Positions 12,501 to 24,500 of a DNA stretch of 64,000 nt are shown piece by piece. The DNA is from Hydrurus foetidus (lineage: Eukaryota), in the NCBI GenBank assembly GCA_900617105.1, contig UYFQ01000018.1, positions 1 to 64,000 on the forward strand, in the 5' to 3' direction. Position 1 is the stretch's first letter; the number at the start of each line of letters is the position of its first letter. The position numbers were made by a program, and so were the translations under genes. Below the pieces are notes generated by a model that was given only the letters and a program-made list of their open reading frames with translations, searched no databases and was not told the DNA's origin.

Positions 12501-15500
12501 GTCTAGTCGGCTGTCCTGTCGGTTGCCCTGTGGGATGTCCCGTCGGCTGTCCTGTCGGTTGACCTGTGGGCAATCCGGTAGGCTGTCCAGTTGGTTGACT
12601 TGAAGGTTGTCCCGTCGGTTGACCTGTGGGCTGACCTGTGGGTTGCCCAGTCGGCTCTGCAGTAGGTTGCCCCGTGGGGTGACTATTTGGCTGACCTGTC
12701 GGCTGCCCCGTCGGTTGGCTCGTCGGCTGTGAAGTAGGCTGTTCTGTTGGTTGACCGGTGGGCTGTCCTGTGGGTTGACCTGTGGGCTGCCCTGTCGGTT
12801 GTCCCGTTGGTTGGCTAGTCGGCTGCGAAGTGGGCTGTCCTGTGGGTTGACCGGTGGGCTGCCCTGTCGGTTGACCCGTTGGTTGGTCAGTCGGCAGCGA
12901 AGTAGACTGTCCTGTGGGTTTACCAGTCGGTTGTCGCGTAGGCTGCCCAGTAGGCTGCCCTGTCGGTTGTCCCGTTGGTTGGCTAGTCGGCTGACCTGTT
13001 GGTTGACCAGTTGGTTGTCCAGTCGGCTGGCCTGTCGGCTGTCCCGTTGGCTGACATGTCGGTTGACCTGTTGGCTGTCCAGTAGGTTGCTCTGTTGGTT
13101 GGCTGGTCGGTTGGCCAGTTGGTACTTTTGTTGGTTGTCCCGTGGGCTGTCCAGTGGGCTGACTCGTCGGTTGTCCGGTAGGCTGTCCTGTTGGCTGACC
13201 TGTTGGCTGTCCTGTGGGCTCACCAGTCGGCTGTCCAGTTGGTTGACCTGTCGGTTGGCTAGTTGGCTGACTTGTCGGCTGTCCTGTTGGCTGTCCTGTC
13301 GGTTGACCTATTGGCTGTCCAGTCGGCTGTGCTGTCGGTTGACCAGTTGGCTGACCTGTGGGTTGCCCAGTCGGTTGACTACTTGGCTGATTTGTGGGTT
13401 GTCCTGTCGGCTGTCCAGTTGGTTGACTTGAAGGCTGTTCCGTCGGTTGCCCTGTGGGTCGACTTGTGGGTTCACCAGTGGGCTGACTTGTCGGCTGACC
13501 TGTTGGATGTCCTGTCGGTTGACTCGTCGGCTGATCTGTGGGCTGTCCTGTGGGCTGCCCAGTTGGTTGCCCTGTGGGCTGTCCGGTAGGTTGCTCAGTA
13601 GGTTGGCCAGTCGGCTGTCCAGTTGGTTGACGAGTCGGTTGATTTGTCGGTTGTCCAGTTGGCTGACCTGTTGGTTGTCCTGTTGGTTGACTTGAAGGTT
13701 GTCCACTAGGCTGACCTGTCGGCTGACCTGTCGGCTGTCCTGTCGGTTGTCCTGTTGGCTGACCGGTCGGTTGTCCCGTGGGCTGACCTGTCGGCCTCCT
13801 GTTGGTTGTCCTGTTGGCTGACCTGTTGGCTGACCTGTCGGCTGACCTGTCGGTTGGCCTGTCGGCTGTCCAGTTGGCTTGCTTGTAGGTTGTCCTGTCG
13901 GTTGGCCAGTCGGCTGTCCAGTTGGTTGACAAGTCGGTTGATTTGTCGGTTGTCCAGTTGGCTGACCTGTTGGTTGTCCTGTTGGTTGACTTGAAGGTTG
14001 TCCACTAGGCTGACCTGTCGGCTGTCCTGTCGGCCGTGACGAGGGCTGTCCCGTTGGTTGGCCAGTCGGCTGTCCGGACGGCTTACCTGTTGGTTGTCCT
14101 GTTGGTTGTCCTGTTGGCTGACCAGTTGGCTGTCCTGTGGGTTGACCTGTCGGCTGACCTGTCGGCTGTGACGAGGGCTGTCCTTTGGTTGGCCAGTCGG
14201 CTGTCCAGTCGGTTGATTTGTCGGTTGTCCAGTTGGTTGTCCTGTTGGTTGACTTGAAGGTTGTCCACTAGGCTGACCTGTCGGCTGTCCTGTCGGCCGT
14301 GACGAGGGCTGTCCCGTTGGTTGGCCAGTCGGCTGTCCGGACGGCTTACCTGTAGGTTGCCCTGTGGGCTGCCCAGTTGGTTGGCCAGTCGGCTGTCCGG
14401 TAGGTTGCCCTGTGGGCTGTCCGGTAGGTTGCTCAGTAGGTTGTCCTGTCGGTTGGCCAGTCGGCTGTCCAGTTGGCTGACCTGTTGGTTGTCCTGTTGG
14501 TTGACTTGAAGGTTGTCCACTAGGCTGACCTGTCGGCTGTCCTGTCGGCCGTGACGAGGGCTGTCCCGTTGGTTGGCCAGTCGGCTGTCCGGACGGCTTA
14601 CCTGTAGGTTGCCCTGTGGGCTGCCCAGTTGGTTGGCCAGTCGGCTGTCCGGTAGGTTGCCCTGTGGGCTGTCCGGTAGGTTCCTCAGTAGGTTGTCCTG
14701 TCGGTTGGCCAGTCGGCTGTCCAGTTGGCTGACCTGTTGGTTGTCCTGTAGGTTGACTTGAAGGTTGTCCACTAGGCTGACCTGTCGGCTGTCCTGTCGG
14801 CCGTGACGAGGGCTGTCCCGTTGGTTGGCCAGTCGGCTGTCCGGACGGCTTACCTGTAGGTTGCCCTGTGGGCTGTCCTGTTGGTTGTCCTGTTGGCTGA
14901 CCTGTTGGCTGACCTGTCGGCTGACCGGTCGGTTGGCCTGTCGGCTGTCCAGTTGGCTTGCTGTTGGTTGTCCTGTCGGCTGACCTGTCGGCTGCTTGTT
15001 GGCTGACCTGTTGGTTGTCCTGTAGGCTGACCTGTCGGTTGTCCAGTCGGCTGACCTGTCGGCTGTCCTGTCGGCCGTGACGAGGGCTGTCCGGTTGGTT
15101 GGCCAGTCGGCTGACCGGTCGGTTGGCCTGTCGGCTGTCCAGTAGGTTGCCTGTTGGTTGTCCTGTTGGTTGACCTGTGGGTTGCCCTGTGGGCTGTCCT
15201 GTGGTTGGCCAGTCGGCTGTCCAGTCGGTTGATTGTTGGCTGTCCTGTTGGTTGTCCTGTTGGTTGACTTGTTGGTTGTCCAGTAGGCTGACCTGTCGGC
15301 TGTCCTGTCGGCCGTGACGAGGGCTGTCCCGTTGGTTGGCCAGTCGGCTGTCCTGTCGGCTTACCTGTTGGTTGCCCTGTGGGCTGACCAGTGGTTGTGT
15401 CGGCTGTCCTGTCGGTTGACCTGTTGGCTGACCTGTCGGTTGTCAGTAGGTTGTCCTGTCGGTTGGCCAGTCGGCTGTCCAGTCGGCTGTCCTGTTGGTT

Positions 15501-18500
15501 GACCTGTTGGTTGTCCTGTTGGTTGACTTGTTGGTTGTCCAGTAGGCTGACCTGTCGGCTGTCCTGTCGGCTGTGACGAGGGCTGTCCCGTTGGTTGTCC
15601 AGTCGGCTGTCCGGTCGGCTTACCTGTAGGTTGCCCTGTGGGCTGACCAGTTGGTTGTCCTGTTGGCTGTCCTGTTGGCTGACCTGTCGGCTGACCTGTC
15701 GGTTGACCTGTCGGCTGTCCAGTTGGCTTGCCTGTTGGTTGTCCTGTCGGTTGATTGTCGGCTGTCCAGTTGGCTGACCTGTTGGTTGTCCTGTCGGTTG
15801 ACTTGTTGGTTGTCCAGTAGGCTGACCTGTCGGCTGTCCTGTTGGCTGTCCTGTCGGCTGACCTGTTGGTTGACCAGTCGGCTGTCCTGTCGGCTGACCT
15901 GTTGGTTGCCCTGTGGGCTGACCAGTTGGTTGTCCAGTCGGCTGTCCAGTCGGCTGACCTGTCGGCTGACCAGTCGGCTGACCAGTCGGCTGACCAGTCG
16001 GTTGTCCTGTCGGTTGACCTGTCGGCTGACCTGTTGGCTGACCTGTTGGTTGTCCTGTGGGTTGATTTGTTGGTTGTCCAGTAGGCTGACCTGTCGGCTG
16101 TCCTGTCGGCTGTGACGAGGGCTGTCCCGTTGGTTGTAGTCGGCTGTCCTGTCGGCTTACCTGTAGGTTGCCCTGTGGGCTGCCCAGTTGGTTGGCCAGT
16201 CGGCTGTCCGGTAGGTTGCCCTGTGGGCTGTCCGGTAGGTTCCTCAGTAGGTTGTCCTGTCGGTTGGCCAGTCGGCTGTCCAGTTGGCTGACCTGTTGGT
16301 TGTCCTGTAGGTTGATTTGAAGGTTGTCCACTAGGCTGACCTGTCGGCTGTCCTGTCGGCCGTGACGAGGGCTGTCCCGTTGGTTGGCCAGTCGGCTGTC
16401 CGGACGGCTTACCTGTAGGTTGCCCTGTGGGCTGCCCAGTTGGTTGGCCAGTCGGCTGTCCGGTAGGTTGCCCTGTGGGCTGCCCAGTTGGTTGGCCAGT
16501 CGGCTGTCCGGTAGGTTGCCCTGTGGGCTGTCCGGTAGGTTCCTCAGTAGGTTGTCCTGTCGGTTGGCCAGTCGGCTGTCCAGTTGGCTGACCTGTTGGT
16601 TGTCCTGTTGGTTGACTTGTTGGTTGTCCAGTTGGCTGACCTGTCGGCTGTCCTGTCGGCTGTGACGAGGGCTGTCCTGTTGGTTGACCTGTCGGCTGTC
16701 CTGTCGGCTTACCTGTAGGTTGCCCTGTTGGCTGACCAGTTGGTTGACCAGTCGGCTGACCTGTTGGTTGCCCTGTGGGCTGTCCAGTTGGCTGCCCTGT
16801 CGGCTGTCCTGTTGGCTGCCCTGTGGGCTGTCCTGTAGGTTCCTCAGTTGGCTGTCCTGTCGGTTGACCAGTCGGCTGTCCAGTTGGTTGACCTGTTGGT
16901 TGTCCTGTTGGTTGACTTGTTGGTTGTCCAGTAGGCTGACCTGTCGGCTGTCCTGTCGGCCGTGACGAGGGCTGTCCTGTTGGTTGACCAGTCGGCTGTC
17001 CAGTCGGCTGACCTGTAGGTTGCCCTGTTGGCTGACCAGTTGGTTGACCTGTCGGCTGTCCTGTCGGTTGCCCTGTCGGCTGTCCTGTTGGCTGACCTGT
17101 TGGCTGACGAGGGCTGTCCTGTGGTTGACCAGTCGGCTGTCCAGTTGGTTGACCTGTTGGTTGTCCTGTTGGCTGTCCTGTTGGTTGACTTGTTGGTTGT
17201 CCAGTCGGCTGACCTGTCATGTCCTGTCGGCCGTGACGTGGGCTGTCCCGTTGGTTGACCAGTCGGCTGTCCGGTTGGTTGACCTGTTGGTTGTCCTGTT
17301 GGCTGTCCTGTTGGTTGACCAGTCGGCTGACCAGTCGGCTGTCCTGTAGGTTCCCAGTTGGCTGTCCTGTCGGTTGCTCAGTTGGTTGTCCTGTCGGTTG
17401 ACCTGTTGGCTGTCCAGTTGGCTGACCTGTTGGTTGTCCTGTTGGTTGACCTGTTGGTTGTCCAGTAGGCTGACCAGTTGGCTGTCCTGTCGGCTGACCT
17501 GTCGGCTGTCCAGTAGGCTGTCCTGTTGGTTGACCAGTCGGTTGACCTGTTGGCTGACCAGTCGGCTGTCCAGTTGGCTGCCCAGTCGGTTGACCTGTTG
17601 GCTGTCCAGTAGGTTGACCTGTTGGCTGTCCGGTAGGTTGATAGTTGGTTGTCCGGTAGGTTCCTCAGTAGGTTGTCCTGTCGGTTGGCCAGTCGGCTGT
17701 CCAGTTGGCTGACCTGTTGGTTGACCTGTTGGTTGTCCTGTTGGTTGACCTGTTGGTTGTCCAGTAGGCTGACCTGTCGGCTGTCCTGTCGGCTGACTGT
17801 TGGTTGTCCTGTGGGCTGTCCTGTTGGTTGGCCAGTCGGCTGTCCGGACGGCTTACCTGTAGGTTGCCCTGTGGGCTGCCCAGTTGGTTGGCCAGTCGGC
17901 TGTCCGGTAGGTTGCCCTGTGGGCTGTCCGGTAGGTTCCTCAGTAGGTTGTCCTGTCGGTTGGCCAGTCGGCTGTCCAGTTGGCTGACCTGTTGGTTGTC
18001 CTGTAGGTTGTCCTGTAGGTTGACCCGTCGGTTGTCCACTAGGCTGACCTGTCGGCTGTCCTGTCGGCCGTGACGTGGGCTGTCCCGTTGGTTGACCAGT
18101 CGGCTGTCCAGTAGGTTGATTGTTGGTTGTCCTGTTGGTTGTCCTGTGGGCTGACCAGTTGGTTGTCCTGTCGGCTGACCTGTAGGTTGCCCTGTGGGCT
18201 GTCCTGTTGGTTGACCTGTTGGTTGTCCTGTCGGTTGACCAGTCGGCTGTCCAGTTGGCTGACCTGTTGGTTGTCCTGTAGGTTGACTTGAAGGTTGTCC
18301 ACTAGGCTGACCTGTCGGCTGTCCTGTCGGCCGTGACGAGGGCTGTCCCGTTGGTTGGCCAGTCGGCTGTCCGGACGGCTTACCTGTAGGTTGCCCTGTG
18401 GGCTGCCCAGTTGGTTGGCCAGTCGGCTGTCCGGTAGGTTGCTCAGTAGGTTGTCCGGTAGGTTCCTCAGTAGGTTGTCCTGTCGGTTGGCCAGTCGGCT

Positions 18501-21500
18501 GTCCAGTTGGCTGACCAGTTGGTTGACCTGTTGGTTGTCCTGTAGGTTGTCCTGTAGGTTGACCCGTCGGTTGTCCACTAGGTTGCCCTGTCGGCCGTGA
18601 CGAGGGCTGTCCCGTTGGTTGTCCAGATGGTTGCCCAGTAGGTTGGCCCGAGGGTTGCCCACTCGGCTGTGATGTTGGCTGACCCGTTGGCTGTCCTGTA
18701 GGTTGCCCACTCGGCCGCAATGTGGGTTGCCCCGTCGGCTGTCCAGTCGGTTGTCCTGTAGGTTGACCTGTCGGCTGTCCTGTCGGTTGGCCACTTGGCT
18801 GTCCTGTTGGCTGACCAGTCGGCTGTCCTGTCGGTTGGCCACTTGGTTGTCCTGTTGGTTGTCCTGTCGGCTGTCCTGTCGGTTGACCTGTGGGTTGACC
18901 TGTCGGTTGTGATGTCGGCTGACCTGTCGGTTGCCTGTCGGCTGACCTGTGGTTGACCTGTTGGCTGTCCCGTTGGTTGTCCAGATGGTCGCCCAGTAGG
19001 TTGGCCCGAGGGTTGCCCACTCGGCTGTGATGTTGGCTGACCCGTTGGCTGTCCTGTTGGTTGTGATGTTGGTTGCCTGTGGCTGACCTGTTGGTTGATG
19101 TCGGCTGACCTGTCGGTTGTCCTGTAGGTTGACCCGTCGGCTGTCCTGTCGGCTGACCAGTCGGCTGTCCTGTCGGTTGTCCAGTTGGTTGTCCTGTTGG
19201 TTGTCCTGTCGGCTGTCCTGTCGGTTGACCAGTTGGTTGACCAGTCGGTTGACCAGTCGGCTGTCCTGTCGGCTGTGATGTTGGCTGACCCGTTGGTTGT
19301 CCAGATGGCTGACCAGTTGGTTGTCCTGTCGGCTGACCTGTTGGTTGTGATGTTGGCTGACCCGTTGGCTGTCCTGTAGGTTGCCCACTCGGCCGCAATG
19401 TGGGTTGCCCCGTCGGCTGTCCAGTCGGTTGTCCTGTAGGTTGACCTGTCGGCTGTCCTGTCGGTTGGCCACTTGGCTGTCCTGTTGGCTGACCAGTCGG
19501 CTGTCCTGTCGGTTGGCCACTTGGTTGTCCTGTTGGTTGTCCTGTTGGTTGTCCTGTCGGTTGTCCTGTCGGTTGACCTGTCGGTTGACCAGTCGGCTGT
19601 CCTGTCGGCTGTGATGTTGGCTGACCCGTTGGTTGTCCAGATGGTCGCCCAGTAGGTTGGCCCGAGGGTTGCCCACTCGGCTGTGATGTTGGCTGACCCG
19701 TTGGCTGTCCTGTAGGTTGCCCGGTCGGTTGCCCACTCGGCCGCAATGTGGGTTGCCCCGTCGGCTGTCCAGTCGGTTGTCCTGTAGGTTGACCCGTCGG
19801 CTGTCCTGTCGGTTGGCCACTTGGCTGTCCTGTAGGCTGACCAGTCGGCTGTCCTGTCGGTTGGCCACTGGGTTGTCCTGTTGGTTGTCCTGTCGGCTGT
19901 CCTGTTGGCTGTCCTGTCGGTTGACCAGTTGGTTGACCAGTCGGTTGACCAGTCGGCTGTCCTGTCGGCTGTGATGTTGGCTGACCCGTTGGTTGTCCAG
20001 ATGGTCGCCCAGTAGGTTGGCCCGAGGGTTGCCCACTCGGCTGTGATGTTGGCTGACCCGTTGGCTGTCCTGTAGGTTGCCCGGTCGGTTGCCCACTCGG
20101 CCGCAATGTGGGTTGCCCTGTCGGCTGTCCGGTCGGTTGGCCTGTGGGTTGTCCCGTAGGTTGCCCTGTTGGCTGTCCAGTCGGTTGTCCTGTAGGCTGA
20201 CCCGTCGGTTGTCCAGATGGTCGCCCAGTAGGTTGGCCCGAGGGTTGCCCACTCGGCTGTGATGTAGGCTGACCCGTTGGCTGTCCTGTAGGTTGCCCAC
20301 TCGGCCGCAATGTGGGTTGCCCTGTCGGCTGTCCAGTCGGTTGTCCTGTAGGTTGTCCTGTCGGTTGACCCGTCGGTTGACCAGTTGGTTGACCTGTCGG
20401 TTGACCTGTCGGCTGTCCTGTCGGCTGTCCTGTCGGCTGTGATGTTGGCTGACCCGTTGGCTGTCCTGTAGGTTGCCCGGTCGGTTGCCCATTCGGCCTC
20501 AATGTGGGTTGCCCTGTCGGTTGACCAGTAGGTTGACCCGTAGGTTGACCCGTAGGATGTCCTGTCGGTTGGCTGCTTGGCTGTCCTGTTGGCTGACCCG
20601 TCGGTTGTCCTGTCGGTTGGCCGCTTGGCTGTCCTGTGGGCTGTCCTGTTGGTTGGCCGCTTGGCTGTCCTGTTGGTTGACCTGTGGGTTGACCAGTCGG
20701 TTGACCAGTCGGCTGTCCTGTCGGCTGTGATGTTGGCTGACCAGTCGGCTGTCCTGTCGGTTGGCCACTTGGCTGTCCTGTGGGCTGTCCTGTGGGCTGA
20801 CCAGTCGGCTGTCCTGTCGGTTGGCCACTTGGCTGTCCTGTAGGCTGACCAGTCGGCTGTCCTGTCGGTTGGCCACTTGGCTGTCCTGTTGGTTGTCCTG
20901 TGGGTTGACCAGTTGGTTGACCTGTGGGTTGTCCTGTCGGTTGTCCTGTCGGTTGGCCGGTCGGCTGTCCTGTCGGCTGTGATGTTGGCTGACCCGTTGG
21001 TTGTCCAGATGGTTGCCCAGTAGGTTGGCCCGAGGGTTGCCCACTCGGCTGTGATGTTGGCTGACCCGTTGGCTGTCCTGTAGGTTGCCCGGTCGGTTGC
21101 CCGCTCGGCCGCAATGTGGGTTGCCCTGTCGGCTGTCCGGTCGGTTGGCCTGTGGGTTGTCCCGTAGGTTGCCCCGTTGGCTGTCCAGTCGGTTGTCCTG
21201 TTGGCTGACCCGTCGGTTGTCCTGTCGGTTGGCCACTTGGCTGTCCTGTGGGCTGACCAGTCGGCTGTCCTGTCGGTTGGCCACTTGGCTGTCCTGTGGG
21301 CTGACCAGTCGGCTGCCCTGTCGGCTGTGATGTTGGTTGTCCTCTAGGATGACCAGTTGGTTGTCCTGTCGGTTGACCAGTTGGTTGACCTGTTGGTTGA
21401 CCAGTTGGTTGACCAGTCGGCTGACCAGTCGGCTGTCCTGTCGGCTGTGATGTTGGCTGACCCGTTGGTTGTCCAGATGGTCGCCCAGTAGGTTGGCCCG

Positions 21501-24500
21501 AGGGTTGCCCACTCGGCTGTGATGTTGGCTGACCCGTTGGCTGTCCTGTTGGTTGCCCTGTCGGTTGCCCTGTCGGCTGCCTGTGGGTTGCCCTGTCGGC
21601 TGTCCTGTCGGTTGACCTGTGGGTTGTCCTGTAGGTTGACCAGTCGGTTGTCCTGTCGGTTGTCCAGTCGGCTGTCCTGTTGGCTGACCTGTCGGCTGTC
21701 CTGTCGGTTGACCTGTTGGCTGTCCTGTCGGCTGACCTGTCGGCTGTCCTGTCGGCTGCCCTGTCGGCTGTCCTGTTGGCTGTCCTGTTGGTTGACCAGT
21801 TGGTTGACCAGTTGGTTGACCAGTCGGTTGACCAGTCGGCTGACCTGTCGGCTGTGATGTTGGCTGACCCGTTGGTTGTCCGGTCGGTTGTCCTGTCGGT
21901 TGGCCACTTGGCTGTCCTGTGGGCTGACCAGTCGGCTGTCCTGTCGGCTGTCCTGTCGGCTGTCCTGTTGGCTGTCCTGTGGGTTGACCAGTTGGTTGAC
22001 CAGTCGGTTGACCAGTCGGTTGACCAGTCGGCTGTCCTGTGGGTTGTCCGGATGGCTGTCCAGTAGGTTGGCAGGTCGGCTGACCTGTGGGTTGTCCTGT
22101 AGGTTGCCCGGTAGGTTGCCCGCTCGGCCGCAATGTGGGTTGCCCTGTCGGCTGTCCGGTCGGTTGGCCTGTGGGTTGTCCCGTAGGTTGCCCCGTCGGC
22201 TGTCCGGTCGGTTGTCCTGTCGGTTGTCCTGTTGGCTGACCCGTCGGTTGTCCTGTCGGTTGGCCACTTGGCTGTCCTGTGGGCTGACCAGTCGGCTGGC
22301 CTGTTGGCTGTCCTGTGGGCTGACCAGTTGGCTGACCAGTCGGCTGACCTGTCGGCTGTCCTGTCGGTTGTCCTGTTGGCTGACCTGTGGGCTGACCTGT
22401 CGGCTGTCCTGTCGGTTGTCCTGTCGGCTGACCTGTTGGCTGACCTGTTGGCTGACCTGTCGGTTGGCCACTTGGCTGTCCTGTGGGCTGACCAGTCGGC
22501 TGTCCTGTCGGTTGGCCACTTGGCTGTCCTGTGGGCTGACCGGTCGGCTGCCCTGTCGGCTGTCCGGTTGGTTGTCCCGTAGGTTGACTCATCGGCTGTC
22601 CTGTCGGTTGGCCACTTGGCTGTCCTGTGGGCTGACCAGTCGGCTGTCCTGTTGGCTGTCCTGTCGGTTGGCCGCTTGGCTGACTTGTGGGCTGACCAGT
22701 CGGTTGTCCTGTCGGCTGTCCTGTTGGTTGTCCTGTGGGTTGACCAGTTGGTTGACCAGTCGGTTGACCAGTCGGTTGACCAGTCGGTTGACCAGTCGGT
22801 TGACCAGTCGGTTGACCAGTTGGTTGACCAGTCGGCTGTCCTGTGGGTTGTCCGGATGGCTGTCCAGTAGGTTGGCAGGTCGGCTGACCTGTCGGTTGAC
22901 CAGTAGGTTGACCCGTTGGCTGTCCAGTTGGTTGTCCAGTCGGCTGTCCTGTGGGTTGTCCGGATGGCTGTCCGGTAGGTTGGCAGGTCGGCTGACCTGT
23001 AGGCTGCCCTGTGGGTGGTTGCTGGAAATTGGTGGGATTGCTAGTTGGTTGTCCACTTGGTTGACCTGTCGGTTGACCTGTTGGAGCTACAGCAGGCAGA
23101 ACAGAACTGACATTACCAGAAAATGTAACAGTGTTCTGAGCAAAGGCCCGTCCATTTATTGATGACATTGATCCAAGTGTAATTGAGGCATACGCAAGTA
23201 TCGTCCCTGTAAACCTGCTCTGCGAACCTGTGGTGGCACTCGAACCTACGGCCCAGTAAACATTCCTCGCTTGGGCACCATTTATAAGCGTCATCACCGA
23301 GTTTGTGCCTGTTATGACAGTGGTTAAAGTCTGGAAAATCCATTGAGAAAAACTTGCATTCCGACCGTCAAGTACTAATACTCCAGACGCAGCCAGAGAG
23401 AAAGTCCCTGGGATAGAGCAGTACACGCCTCTACTCAATGTGAGACCTGAAAGTACGTCAGTCAAATAGTACTGGCAAGTTGCAACAGATGCATCGTTGT
23501 AAGCAATCTTTGAGTCAGACGCACATGTAATTGCCGGCCCGGTATTTTTATACACACTTCCATAGTTCATCTGATAATTCCCTGTGATACTGGTTGCAGG
23601 GGAGACGCCTAGTGATCCATAATTGATGGTAGTCATTGCAGTTCCAAAGACAATAGATACTCCACCGTGAGCAAGAAAGATCTCACATGATCCCATGGAC
23701 ATCTGCCCACTAGTAAAGCTATACTTTGTGTCAAACCAAGACCCGCTATTAACGGTTACTGACGTCGTAGCTAACGCATGACCTTGCATTACAGACTGCC
23801 GACCAAAAGTAATCGCTGCGCTGGCTAGAATATTCCCGACAAAGATGCTTGAGTCACCAACAGTGGCACTGGATCCTAGAGCCCACCACACATTGTTGGG
23901 TTGAGCGCCATTGATAAGAGTGATAGCCGAGTGGCTACCAGTGATGACTGTCGTAGTTGACTGGAAAATCCACAGGGCATTGATCTTGTTCTGACCATCT
24001 AGGGTCAGAGTGCTTTTCGCTGTAGTTGATAGTGTACCTCCAGAGCAATAGACACCAGGTTGAAACGTCAAGCCTGACATGTCTGCAATTATAGTATTGG
24101 TGCATGTCGCAGTATATGCAGCGTTGAAAGCAGTGACTAAATCGGCTGCACATTGATTTGCTGCTGTAGTGATTATCTGAGTAAGGCCCTTACTGACTTG
24201 ATAGTTGCCAGACACACTCGTTCCTGGACTGTTACCTACCGACCCACCATGTATCATCGATAATGCGAGACTGAAGATAGCGGTGCTTCCCGCCATCACG
24301 GCAAAGTTGCTGCATCCTCCGAGATAGACATGTATGCTGGGATACACCACGATTGACGTTCCGTTCGGTAGACCGAATGACGCATATCCACTTACACCTA
24401 CCGCTCCCAGAGACAGTGCTCGTCCATCCAACGTTGAGTACGACCCAAATGACATCGACGAGTATGTCATTATGTTGCCAACTAAAAACGTCGCGTACCC

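Noticed and set aside
12121..23084. CRISPR-like array or Gly-X-Y collagen
   Set aside because: No unique spacers and a eukaryotic coding context; period is 4 residues, not 3.
12036..23162. Dozens of plus-strand and alternative-frame ORFs ([24 protein letters not shown] repeats)
   Set aside because: Shadows of the 12-bp PTGQ repeat; third-position variation identifies PTGQ as the real frame.
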